A DNA stretch of 64,000 nt from positions 1,120,001 through 1,184,000 of the forward strand of contig OZ219871.1 in NCBI GenBank assembly GCA_964291495.2. Direction: 5' to 3'. The translations under genes were made by a program, and so were the position numbers. Source of the stretch: Dehalococcoidia bacterium. GTDB lineage: Bacteria > Chloroflexota > Dehalococcoidia > UBA2979. Shown here in pieces: positions 40,158-50,960 of this stretch. The notes below the pieces were generated by a model, which searched no databases, was not told the origin of the DNA, and worked only from the letters and a program-made list of their open reading frames with translations. How positions within the stretch are numbered: position 1 is the stretch's first letter; every line of letters begins with the position of its first letter.

Positions 40158-40232
40158 GCCGGTGTAGCTCAGAGGTAGAGCAGCTGTTTCGTAAACAGCA
40201 GGTCGAGGGTTCGAATCCCCCCGCCGGCTCCA
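40158..40232 (+). tRNA. tRNA-Thr(CGT)
   Basis: Acceptor GCCGGTG/CGCCGGC, GCTGT-TTCGTAA-ACAGC, GTTCGAATC, CCA. Confidence 0.95.
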
Positions 40233-40278
40233 GCCCCCACCCCCTCGAACCCAACCGATCGCCTGACCCTCGCGCGCG

Positions 40279-41550
40279 TCACGCCTCGAGGGCGGCGCGA
40301 CGCCGCTCCGCGCCCTGCGCGACGCCGAGCAGCAGCAGCGCGACGATCGCCCCACACGCGGCGAGCACGACGAAGGTCTCGCCGGTGCCCCAGCGCTCGC
40401 TGACGAAGCCCGTCGCGCTGCTCGCCGTCGATCCGACGCCGAAGACGAGCAGGAACCAGACCCCGAAGGAGCGCCCCACCATGCCCGGAGGCGCGTAGTC
40501 GGCGATCAGCCCGTTCATGATCGGCTGCTGCGCCCAGCTGCAGATCGCGAACCCGGTCGCCGCCAGCAGCAGCCCCACGCCGCCGACTCCGCCCATCGCG
40601 AAGAGGAAGAACGGCGTCGCCACCGCGTAGGGCAGGATCGCACGCTCGAGGGCGATGCGATCGCTCAGCCAGCCGCCGGTAACGAGGCCGATCACCGCCA
40701 GCAGCAGCGCCAGCGAGGCCGTCGCGCCGGCGATCGCCTCGGCGTCCCAGCCGAACAGCTCGAGCCCGAGCTCGCGCTCGAGGTGCACCGCGAGGAACGT
40801 CAGCGATCCTCGGTAGATGAAGCCCACGCCGACCGCCGCGGCGTAGAGCACGAGCAGCGGCCGCGTGAACCAGCCGCCCGGCGGGGGCGGCGTCGTGCGC
40901 CGTCGCGCGGGCGGCGTCGCCTGCTCCGTGCGGCCGGACTCTGCCGCGGCCCGTTGCGCCGTCTCGTAGTCCGGCGAGATCTGCCAGACGACGATCGCGA
41001 CGCCGGCCGCCAGCGCCGCGAACGCGACGTAAGCCACGCGCCAGTCGGTCGCGATCGCAATCCCGATCGCCACGCCCGGCGCGAAGGCGATGCCGACGAT
41101 CCCGGCGACGCCGTGCGTGGCGAGGGCGATCCCGCGGCGGCTTGCGACCGTCGCCACCATCGAGATGCCGGCGGGGTGGTAGAGCCCGATACCTGCACCC
41201 AGCAACGTGAGCGAGGCAGCCAGCAACCAGAGGTTCGGCGAGAGCGCGACGACGAGCGCGAACGCCGCCGCGCTGCCCATCGAGAGCGTCATGACGGCCC
41301 TCGGCCCGTAACGGTCGACAAGCCAGCCCGAGGGCAGCGCGAAGAGGCCGAAGGTCAGCGTGCCCGCGTTGCCGACCGCGCCGAGCATCGCGAGGTCCGC
41401 GCCGAACTCGAAGCCGATCCGCACCAGCAGCGCCGCGTACACCAGTTCCAGCGCGTGCGTACCCGCGTGCGCCAGCGAGGTGGACACGATCACGCGCCGC
41501 TCGAGACCCGTCCGTTCGTCCGGCGCCAGTGCGCCCGCCATCGTCGCCAT
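40279..41550 (-). CDS. MFS transporter (Fsr-like)
   Basis: GWLVDRYGPR, GLYHPAG, GWLSDR. Confidence 0.9.
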   Translation of the reverse strand: MATMAGALAPDERTGLERRVIVSTSLAHAGTHALELVYAALLVRIGFEFGADLAMLGAVGNAGTLTFGLFALPSGWLVDRYGPRAVMTLSMGSAAAFALVVALSPNLWLLAASLTLLGAGIGLYHPAGISMVATVASRRGIALATHGVAGIVGIAFAPGVAIGIAIATDWRVAYVAFAALAAGVAIVVWQISPDYETAQRAAAESGRTEQATPPARRRTTPPPPGGWFTRPLLVLYAAAVGVGFIYRGSLTFLAVHLERELGLELFGWDAEAIAGATASLALLLAVIGLVTGGWLSDRIALERAILPYAVATPFFLFAMGGVGGVGLLLAATGFAICSWAQQPIMNGLIADYAPPGMVGRSFGVWFLLVFGVGSTASSATGFVSERWGTGETFVVLAACGAIVALLLLGVAQGAERRRAALEA

Positions 41551-41717
41551 CGGCGCCGCCGTTCCGCCACCTCGGACTGCGCCGGGAGCATATCCGCCGA
41601 GCCCGCCCGGCCGCGAGGTTGCGCCCGGCCCGATCCTGTGGCGAGGATCACCGCCGGGCCGCGCGTCACGCCTCGTGGCCGCGACACCGCAGCCTCCGGA
41701 GGGAGAGCCGCCACGCC

Positions 41718-42452
41718 ATGAGCAAGCTCCGCGACCGCATCCGCCGCACCTTCCAGCGCCGCCCCGGCCCGCTCGGCTTCGCGCCGCGCAGCCGCCAGGC
41801 CGACGAGCACCGCTACGTGATCGTGATCGCCGAGGTCGCGGACGCCGCCGCCGCCACGGCCGCTGCCGACGCAGGCGCCGACGCGCTGCTACACGCGGGC
41901 GGGCGCGACGGCATCGAGGCCGTCGTCGAGGCCGCGGGCGACCTGCCGGTCGGCGCGCGCCTCGAGGCCGCCACGGGTGGCGACGCCGACGCGCTGATCG
42001 AGGCGGGGGCGGACTTCCTCGTCTTCGACGACGCGCAGACCGAGGCCGCCGCGCTGCTGCGCGACGAGCTCGGCCACGTCGCGCTGCTCGGCGACGCCGA
42101 CGCCTCGGAGGAGGAGCTGCGGCTGCTCCAGCCGCTCGATCTCGACGCGCTGCTCGTACCGCCGAGCGCGGGGGCCCTCAGCGTGCGCGATCAGCTGCGT
42201 ACGCGGCGCATCGCCGAGCTGACCCGCAAGCCGCTGATCGTCGCGGTCGCGGCCAGTGTGTCCACCGAGGAGCTGCGCATCTGGCGAGACGCCGGAGCAC
42301 CCGCCGCCCTCGCCACCGGCGACGCGGGCGACCTCGAGGGCGTCATCGCCGCCGCGCGCGAGGTTCCCGCGCCGCGCGAGCGCCGCGAGGAGCGCCCGGA
42401 CCCGCTGCTACCATCGTCCGCCGCCCCCGCGGACGACTTCGACGACGACTAG
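41718..42452 (+). CDS. Conserved hypothetical protein, possible TIM-barrel (aldolase-like) fold
   Basis: Alternating beta/alpha pattern (AGADALL, LPVGARL, AGADFLVF, RKPLIV, AGAPAAL); host codon usage. Confidence 0.7.
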   Translation: MSKLRDRIRRTFQRRPGPLGFAPRSRQADEHRYVIVIAEVADAAAATAAADAGADALLHAGGRDGIEAVVEAAGDLPVGARLEAATGGDADALIEAGADFLVFDDAQTEAAALLRDELGHVALLGDADASEEELRLLQPLDLDALLVPPSAGALSVRDQLRTRRIAELTRKPLIVAVAASVSTEELRIWRDAGAPAALATGDAGDLEGVIAAAREVPAPRERREERPDPLLPSSAAPADDFDDD

Positions 42453-44618
<2,166 letters not shown>

Positions 44619-44642
44619 TCGCCGGCGAGGGCGCTCTCGCGC

Positions 44643-45104
44643 CTACCCGGCGTCGGCGATGGCCTTGACCGCCTCGAGGGCGCCGTCGGGGTGGGCTTCC
44701 ATGTCGCCCTGGTCGTCGATCACCGTGCGCAGCACGCCCTCGGCGTCGAAGACGAAGGTGGCGCGCATCGCCGTCGGCCCCTGATCACGTTCCACCCCGA
44801 AGGTCGCGATCGTGCGGTTCGAGGGCCAGTCCGAGAGCAGCGGGAACTCCGCGCCGATCTCGCGGGCGAACGCGCCCTGGGTCGCCCAGGTGTCGGAGCT
44901 GACGCCCACCACGTGGGCGTTCATGGCCTTCAGCTCGCGGTAGTGCCGCTGAAAGCCCTCCATCTCGCGCGTTCAGCCGCCGGTGAAGGACATCGGGTAG
45001 AAGGCGATGACCGCGATCGCTCCTCGCAGCTGTTCGTCGGTGAAGCGCTCGCGATCGGGGTCGCGCAGCGAGAACTCGGGCATCGAATCGCCTGGCTGCA
45101 GCAT
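44643..45104 (-). CDS. Selenocysteine-containing peroxiredoxin (AhpE/BCP-like), U44 encoded by TGA at 44975-44973
   Basis: [16 protein letters not shown] in frame with the downstream ORF (VVGVSSD, FPLLSD, RATFVFD); GGAGG RBS before ATG 45104. Confidence 0.9.
44925..44957 (-). promoter_or_regulatory. Putative bacterial SECIS hairpin
   Basis: GGCUUUCAGC-GGCACUACCGCGA-GCUGAAGGCC; 10-bp stem (one G-U) beginning 15 nt after the UGA. Confidence 0.65.
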
Positions 45105-45138
45105 CGTTCCTCCTGTGTCGCCCGCGAGGGGCGACGGG

Positions 45139-45444
45139 CTAGTGCGAGTCTCCGTCGTGGTCGTCGCCGGCCATCTCGCCCTCGGAGAGGGCTCCGTGGG
45201 GGAGCTGGTAGTCCCAGTGCAGGCCGCGCTGACGGCGGTAGAGGTAGCCGATCGCGGCCAGCACCAGCGTCGCGGCGAGGGCGAGGCCGACCAGCAGCAG
45301 CGCCAGCGCCATGTCGCCGGGTGGGTCGAGCGCGGGATCGGGGTGGTCCGCCGCGGCGAGCGAGGGCAGCAGCGCCGCCAGCACGCCGGCCGCGATTCCA
45401 CCCGCCACGCCGCAACTTCGTCGCGTCAGCCGTGCCACGCCCAC
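45139..45444 (-). CDS. Small membrane protein (hypothetical; start uncertain)
   Basis: TM helix followed by [12 protein letters not shown] and an acidic/His tail; host codon usage in the 3' part. Confidence 0.6.
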   Translation of the reverse strand: MGVARLTRRSCGVAGGIAAGVLAALLPSLAAADHPDPALDPPGDMALALLLVGLALAATLVLAAIGYLYRRQRGLHWDYQLPHGALSEGEMAGDDHDGDSH

Positions 45445-45556
45445 CTCCGACTCAGCCTCCCGCCGGCCCTCGCGAGCGAGGCCGGCGTACGTCTCCGTCC
45501 GTTCGGCAGTCTACCACCGGCTGCCGTTGCGTCAGCGGAGCGGGGTGCGTCCTCGA

Positions 45557-45586
45557 TTGCCGCTGTTGCGGACCCACCCATATACT
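45557..45586 (+). promoter_or_regulatory. Sigma70-type promoter of the rpmH operon
   Basis: TTGCCG-N18-TATACT about 100 nt upstream of rpmH. Confidence 0.55.
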
Positions 45587-45687
45587 CCTCGGACACTCAC
45601 TTCGGCGGCCACCAACTTGCCGCACCGCACGATCGACCGTGCGATCGATCTCGCGACCGAGCGCCGCGACACCGGACGGAGTTTCAC

Positions 45688-45825
45688 GTGCCGAAGCGAA
45701 CATGGCAGCCCAAGCGGATCCCGAGGAAGCGAAAACACGGCTTCCGCGCGCGCATGGCGACCCGTGGCGGTCGCCAGGTGCTCAAGCGCCGCCGCGCTCG
45801 CGGCCGCACCCGTCTCGCGGTCTAG
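45688..45825 (+). CDS. rpmH: 50S ribosomal protein L34
   Basis: [45 protein letters not shown]. Confidence 0.97.
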   Translation: MPKRTWQPKRIPRKRKHGFRARMATRGGRQVLKRRRARGRTRLAV

Positions 45826-45836
45826 CGCGAGGCCCC

Positions 45837-46244
45837 GTGGGCCGGTCCCGGCCACTCGACGTACAGGCTGCGGCGCCCTCGGCCGCGCGCCCCTGCGAGC
45901 GCCTGCGCCGGCGGCGCGACTTCGAGGCGCTGATGCGCGGACGAACGGGCGCACCCCCGGCGCGGCACCGCCTGCTTACGCTGCGCGCGAGGCCGAACGG
46001 CCTCGAGCAGTGCCGCGTCGGCTTCGCGGTGGGGCGACCGGTGGGCGGCGCCGTGGTGCGCAATCGCGTGAAGCGGCGGCTGCGCGAGATCGTGCGGGCG
46101 CTGCCCCTGGCGCCCGGCCACGACATCGTCATCGCCGCCCGGCCGGCGAGCCGCGAGGCGAGCTTCGAGGAGCTGCGCAACGCCCTCGCGAGCTGCGCGA
46201 GGCGCGCCGGGCTTGCGGGCCATGCCGCGGGCGGAAGGGGCTGA
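45837..46244 (+). CDS. rnpA: Ribonuclease P protein component (start uncertain)
   Basis: [30 protein letters not shown] (RNR motif). Confidence 0.93.
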   Translation: MGRSRPLDVQAAAPSAARPCERLRRRRDFEALMRGRTGAPPARHRLLTLRARPNGLEQCRVGFAVGRPVGGAVVRNRVKRRLREIVRALPLAPGHDIVIAARPASREASFEELRNALASCARRAGLAGHAAGGRG

Positions 46245-46248
46245 GGCC

Positions 46249-46527
46249 GTGCTGAAGCCGTCCAGGCTGCTGCTGCGGCTGATTCGCGGCTACCAGCGGG
46301 CGATCTCGCCGCTGCTGCCGCCCGCCTGCCGCTACGCGCCGACCTGCTCGCAGTACGCCCTCGAGGCGATCGAGGCGCACGGAGCGCTGCGCGGCGTCTG
46401 GCTGGCGCTGAGGCGGCTGAGCCGCTGCCACCCCGGTCGCAAGGGCGGCTACGACCCGGTTCCCGGCCGGGACGGCGACCCTCGCACCGCCCGAACGGAC
46501 CTCCCGAGGGACGCGAAGGCGAGTTGA
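46249..46527 (+). CDS. yidD: Membrane protein insertion efficiency factor YidD
   Basis: [22 protein letters not shown]...GGYDPVP. Confidence 0.95.
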   Translation: MLKPSRLLLRLIRGYQRAISPLLPPACRYAPTCSQYALEAIEAHGALRGVWLALRRLSRCHPGRKGGYDPVPGRDGDPRTARTDLPRDAKAS

Positions 46528-46539
46528 GACGATAAATCT

Positions 46540-47766
46540 ATGCATAACGAACCTCATGCAAGAGTTTTGAGCAGAATCGCAATCCGAGGCCCTGCAGCCT
46601 CTCCCTCCTCTGCTTATGTTTCACGTGAAACATCCATCGTTCGGCGAGGCCGTTCCAGACCGCTCACTGCGCTCCTCGCGCTGCTCCTCGTGCTGCCGCT
46701 GCTCGTCGCCTGCACGACCGACGTGAACAGCCCCGACGGCTGGGCCGGACCCGTCAGGGCCCGCGAATTCACCATCCTCCAGGAGAAGCCCGGCGAACTC
46801 GTCGCGGTCCGCCTCGGCAGTACCGACAATCCCGGCACCCCCGACACCGACGAGCGCGTCGCCTGGCGCTTCCCGGGCGACGCCGATGTCGACCTCGACG
46901 CCGTCTACGCCGACCCGATCCTCGATGGCAACACGCTCTACGTCGCGGGCTACTCGGGCGAGGTCGTCGCCCTCGACCTCTCGTTCGAGCCGCCGCGCAT
47001 CATCTGGCTGCGCGATCTCGACGAGACCATCATCGCCACGCCCGCATTCGACGGCCAAACGCTCTACATCGGCACCGAGGCGGGCGCGATCGTCCCGATC
47101 ACCGTCGCCAGCGGTGCCGTCGGGGCGCCGATTGCACAAGCAGGAGAGCGGATCTGGTCCGAGGTGCTCCTCGAGGACGGCGCGCTCTACGTCGCGGCCC
47201 TCGACAAGCGCGTACGGGCGATCAGACCCGGCGGCGGCACGATCTGGGCCCAGCCAACGGAGTTGAGCGGCGCCGTGCCCGGCGACACGGCGATCGAGGG
47301 CGGGCTGCTGGTCGTCGGCTCGTTCGATCGCCGGCTGCACGCCCTCGACGCCGATACGGGCGCCGAGGAATGGGCGTTCGACGGCGACGGCTGGTTCTGG
47401 GCGCGCCCCGTGATCGCCGGCGACACCGTCTACGCCGCCTCGACGCGCGGGAGCATCTACGCCCTCAACGCGGGCGGCGGCGACTCCAACCGCGTGCGCT
47501 GGCACTTCAACCAGCTCGACAGCGAGATCCGCGCCGCGCCCGTCCTCGCGCGAGGCGTCCTCGTCGTGGCCGCCGAGGAAGCGACGATCTGGGGCATCGA
47601 TCCCGCCACCGGGGACCTCCGCTGGAGCGCGCCGCTGCCCGGCCACCGTTTCCTCGCCAACCCGCTCGTGCTCGACTCGAGCCTGATTTATGCAACCACA
47701 CGAGGCGATCTCGTCGAGATCGACCCGCAATCCGGCCGCGCCGCGATCCTCTACGAGCGGCGGTGA
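46540..47766 (+). CDS. PQQ-like beta-propeller (BamB-like) lipoprotein (start uncertain)
   Basis: Hydrophobic signal ending LLVAC; repeated LYVA/ALD...G..W propeller motifs. Confidence 0.88.
   Translation: MHNEPHARVLSRIAIRGPAASPSSAYVSRETSIVRRGRSRPLTALLALLLVLPLLVACTTDVNSPDGWAGPVRAREFTILQEKPGELVAVRLGSTDNPGTPDTDERVAWRFPGDADVDLDAVYADPILDGNTLYVAGYSGEVVALDLSFEPPRIIWLRDLDETIIATPAFDGQTLYIGTEAGAIVPITVASGAVGAPIAQAGERIWSEVLLEDGALYVAALDKRVRAIRPGGGTIWAQPTELSGAVPGDTAIEGGLLVVGSFDRRLHALDADTGAEEWAFDGDGWFWARPVIAGDTVYAASTRGSIYALNAGGGDSNRVRWHFNQLDSEIRAAPVLARGVLVVAAEEATIWGIDPATGDLRWSAPLPGHRFLANPLVLDSSLIYATTRGDLVEIDPQSGRAAILYERR
46617..46632. promoter_or_regulatory. parS: parS centromere site
   Basis: Perfect palindrome TGTTTCACGTGAAACA; parAB lie ~4.3 kb downstream. 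Confidence 0.93.
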
Positions 47767-47800
47767 GGCCAATGATGAGCGGGGAGACGGCGGAGCGACG

Positions 47801-49012
47801 ATGACCGACACCTGGCAGCTGCTGCTGGAGACGCCGCTCGTCAACCTCATGGTGCTGCTCAGCGTCGTCTCGTTCGGCTCCTACGGGGCCGCGATCCTCG
47901 TCTTCACCGTGATCACGCGCGTCGTCACCTTCCCGCTGACCATGCGCACGCTGCGCGCCACGCGTGGACTGCAGGAACTGCAGCCCGATATGCAGGCGAT
48001 CCAGAAGCGCTACTCCGACCCGAAGCGCCGCTCCGAGGAGCAGATGAAGCTCTACCGGCGCAAGACACTGGCTTGCGAGGACGGCGGTGTCGCCGCGGCG
48101 GTCCTCGGATACCCGGTTGAGTGCGATTGGAAGGGTCAGGACACCGACAAGGGCGAGCTGTTCGAGCAATACGCCACGCACCTCGAGCGCATGCACGGCG
48201 TGCGCGTCTCCGACGCCTCCGCGCGGCAACTGAAGCGCGCCCGCAAGGCGATGAGCGGCGGCATCAACCCGATCGGCTGCCTCGGACCGCAGTTGGTCCA
48301 GCTGCCGATCTTCATTGCGCTCTTCTCCGTGATCCGGCTCACGCTCTCGCAGTCGCCCGAGGACATCCTCGAGCTCTCGGACCGGCTCTACGACTACGGA
48401 CCGCTGCAGAACGCGATCCCGCTCGAGACCAGCTTTCTGGGCATGAACCTCTCCGCGAACGGCAGTTTCATCCTGGTCATCGTCATTTTCTGCTCGATGT
48501 GGCTCACGCAGCGCATCTCCTCGTCGCGCGCGGCGGCGCAGGCAGGGAGCCAGCAGGCGCAGACGCAGCAGATGATGCAGTGGATGCTGCCGCTGATGTT
48601 CGGCTGGTTCGCGATGTTCGTGCCGGCCGGCCTCGGCCTCTACTGGGCGGCGAGCACGCTGATCGGCCTGGTGCTGCAGTGGGTCTTCGTCGGGCCGGGC
48701 GACTTCACCTGGGGATCGCTGATCCCCGGCTTCGTGCGGACCCGGATCGGGCTGCCCGCGGAGATCGAGACGCGCACCGAACGCGAACGACGGCTCGAGC
48801 GCGAACAGCGCCGGGCCGCCTCCGGCGACCCGGAGGACGATACGGACGGCGCTGAGCCGCCGGGCGCAGACGGCGCCGGCGGAGACGGGGGAGGACGTGA
48901 TGAGCGTCGAGGAGGTAAGCGGAAGGACGGTCGAAGACGCCGTCGAACGGGCTCTCGCCAGGCTCGGGGTGGCTCGCGATCGCGTCGACGTCGAGGTAAT
49001 CCGCGAGGGTAA
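47801..49012 (+). CDS. yidC: Membrane protein insertase YidC/Oxa1 (short type) with ~65-aa insertion
   Basis: SYGAAILVFTVITR..TFPL, LQPDMQAIQKRY, MKLY...GINPIGC, VQLPIFIALF, PAGLGLYW. Confidence 0.93.
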   Translation: MTDTWQLLLETPLVNLMVLLSVVSFGSYGAAILVFTVITRVVTFPLTMRTLRATRGLQELQPDMQAIQKRYSDPKRRSEEQMKLYRRKTLACEDGGVAAAVLGYPVECDWKGQDTDKGELFEQYATHLERMHGVRVSDASARQLKRARKAMSGGINPIGCLGPQLVQLPIFIALFSVIRLTLSQSPEDILELSDRLYDYGPLQNAIPLETSFLGMNLSANGSFILVIVIFCSMWLTQRISSSRAAAQAGSQQAQTQQMMQWMLPLMFGWFAMFVPAGLGLYWAASTLIGLVLQWVFVGPGDFTWGSLIPGFVRTRIGLPAEIETRTERERRLEREQRRAASGDPEDDTDGAEPPGADGAGGDGGGRDERRGGKRKDGRRRRRTGSRQARGGSRSRRRRGNPRG

Positions 49013-50039
49013 GCGCGGCCTGCTCGGCTTCGGCGGCGAGGACGCCATCGTTCGCGTCACCACTAAGGGCGACGCGGCAACGCCGGCCCGCGGACGCCAG
49101 GGCCGGCGCGGCGGCAACGGCGGCGGCGGCCGCGACGACGCCCAGCGCGGCGAGGGTCCGGCCCGCGAGGGCCGCGGCGGCGGCCGGCGAGGACGGCGCG
49201 GCGGCCGCGGGGGACGCGGACGCCGGCGCGGCGGAGACCGCGCTCGCGAGCGCAGCGGCGGCGAGAACCGGGACCGCGACCGTGACCGCGAGCGCATGCC
49301 TTTCGAGGGTGAATTGCCACTCGTGCCGGGCGCGCCGGACGACCTGCCGGCGGCCCCGACCGCCGACGCCGAAGACGAGATCGACTTCGCGGGCAGCACA
49401 CTGCGCGAGGTGCTCACGTTGCTCGGGCTGCTGGACACGCAGATCGAGGCGCGCGAACCGGAGACTCCCGGCGACGGCGTGGGCCGCACCGCCCAGGTCT
49501 TCGAGATCACGGGCGACACGGAAGACGCCTCGGACGAGCTCGGCCTGCTGATCGGCCGTCGCGGCGAGACTCTCGGCGCGCTCCAGTACCTGCTCAACGT
49601 GATCACCCGCCACCACTACGGCGAGGCCAACCACGTCTTCTCCGTCGACGTCGAGGGCTACAAGCGCCGCCGCGAGCGCTCGCTCGTCGAGATGGCGCGC
49701 CGCGTCGCCGCCGAGGTGCGCGACACCGGAGACGTGATCACCCTCGAGCCGATGAAGCCGGCCGAGCGCCGCATCGTGCACCTCACCCTCAGCGAGGAGC
49801 CGGGCGTCACCACGGAGAGCGTCGGCTCCGGCAACGAACGCCAGGTCGAGGTGCTCCCCACCGACTACAACGACTACGAGGATGACTACGACGATTATGA
49901 TGAGGAGGCGCAGTACGACGGCGACGAACCCGTCGCCGAGCTCGACGAGGACGATGCCGATCCCGTCGAGGACTACGACGACGCGGGCGACGAGGACGGC
50001 GAGGCCGACGACGAGGACGGCGAGGGGCCGAACCGGTAG
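48900..50039 (+). CDS. jag: RNA-binding protein Jag/KhpB/EloR (Jag_N, KH, R3H)
   Basis: GRTVEDAVERAL, GLLIGRRGETLGALQYL, DVEGYK.RR, LEPMKPAERRIVH. Confidence 0.93.
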   Translation: MSVEEVSGRTVEDAVERALARLGVARDRVDVEVIREGKRGLLGFGGEDAIVRVTTKGDAATPARGRQGRRGGNGGGGRDDAQRGEGPAREGRGGGRRGRRGGRGGRGRRRGGDRARERSGGENRDRDRDRERMPFEGELPLVPGAPDDLPAAPTADAEDEIDFAGSTLREVLTLLGLLDTQIEAREPETPGDGVGRTAQVFEITGDTEDASDELGLLIGRRGETLGALQYLLNVITRHHYGEANHVFSVDVEGYKRRRERSLVEMARRVAAEVRDTGDVITLEPMKPAERRIVHLTLSEEPGVTTESVGSGNERQVEVLPTDYNDYEDDYDDYDEEAQYDGDEPVAELDEDDADPVEDYDDAGDEDGEADDEDGEGPNR

Positions 50040-50053
50040 GGAGCACGCCAGAC

Positions 50054-50959
50054 GTGCGGCAGCGGCATCCCGGCCAGGGCGCGGCGGACCGCGAGCCCTC
50101 GCGTGCGCCGTCCGTGCTGATCGCGGGCGCCGTCACATGGGATGACTTCGGAGCGGAGCAGCGTCCAGGCGGGGCCGTGCTCTACGCCGCCCGTGCGGCG
50201 GCAGCCCTCGGGCTGCGTGCGCGGATCCTCGCTCTCGCCGGCGCGGACGCCCATCTCGACGCGCTTGAGGGGCATGACGTCACCGTCGGCGAGTCACCTC
50301 GTACACTCAGGTTCGTACATATGTTCTCACCCGAGGCCCCTCCTCGGCGCGAGCTACGCGTCGTCGCCCGGCCGGGGCGCGCACTGAGCGCGTCCGACCT
50401 CCCGGCCGCGCCCGAGGACGACCTCGACCTGCTCGTGCTCGCCCCGCTGCTCCCGGACGACATCGATCTCGGCTCCTTCGCCCGGGTGCGCGCGCGGCGA
50501 CGCGCCCTGCTCGCGCAGGGCCTGCTGCGCGAGGTCGGCGCGGACGGCCTCGTGACCCACGCGAGCGAACCCCCGACCCGACTGCTCGACGCCGTCGATG
50601 GGCGAACCAGCGTCTTCCTCTCCGAGGACGAGATCGTGCGCTGGGACGCGTCGGCGCTCGCCTCGCTCGCCGCCAGTGCCGAGCGCGTCGTCGTCACGCG
50701 CGGCGCGCGCGGCGCCACGATCCTGCGAGGCGGCACGCGCATCGAGACCCCGGCACAGCAAGCAGAATCGGTCGATTCCACCGGCTGCGGCGACGTGTAT
50801 TCGGTTGCGTACATGATCGCGCTCGCCTCGGGAGCGGACGACGCCCAGGCGGCGGCGATCGGCGCGGAGCTCGCCTCGGCGGCCCTCGGGCTGCGGGGCC
50901 CGCAGCCCCTGCCCGCGGTCCGCAGCGACCTCCGCAGCGAAGCGCACGCCGGGGTGTGA
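50054..50959 (+). CDS. PfkB family carbohydrate kinase (start uncertain)
   Basis: PGGAVLYAA, VVVTRGARGA, VDSTGCGDVY. Confidence 0.85.
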   Translation: MRQRHPGQGAADREPSRAPSVLIAGAVTWDDFGAEQRPGGAVLYAARAAAALGLRARILALAGADAHLDALEGHDVTVGESPRTLRFVHMFSPEAPPRRELRVVARPGRALSASDLPAAPEDDLDLLVLAPLLPDDIDLGSFARVRARRRALLAQGLLREVGADGLVTHASEPPTRLLDAVDGRTSVFLSEDEIVRWDASALASLAASAERVVVTRGARGATILRGGTRIETPAQQAESVDSTGCGDVYSVAYMIALASGADDAQAAAIGAELASAALGLRGPQPLPAVRSDLRSEAHAGV

Positions 50960-50960
50960 C

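Noticed and set aside
40158-40232. tRNA-Thr(CGT) as an integration site of an island
   Set aside because: No duplicated tRNA 3' end or integrase seen; flanking genes have host-like composition
44643-44963. Separate 106-aa gene plus upstream pseudogene fragment
   Set aside because: Better explained as one selenoprotein: the stop falls exactly on the catalytic residue and is followed by a SECIS-like hairpin
45680-45695. Second parS overlapping the rpmH start
   Set aside because: AGTTTCACGTGCCGAA matches only 11 of 16 positions and the right half-site is lost
46525-46640. oriC in the AT-richer patch after yidD
   Set aside because: No DnaA boxes visible and no dnaA nearby; only parS is supported
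48058-48260. YidC insertion as an intein or intron
   Set aside because: Too short, no N-terminal C/S with C-terminal HN splice motif, and no intron-like structure
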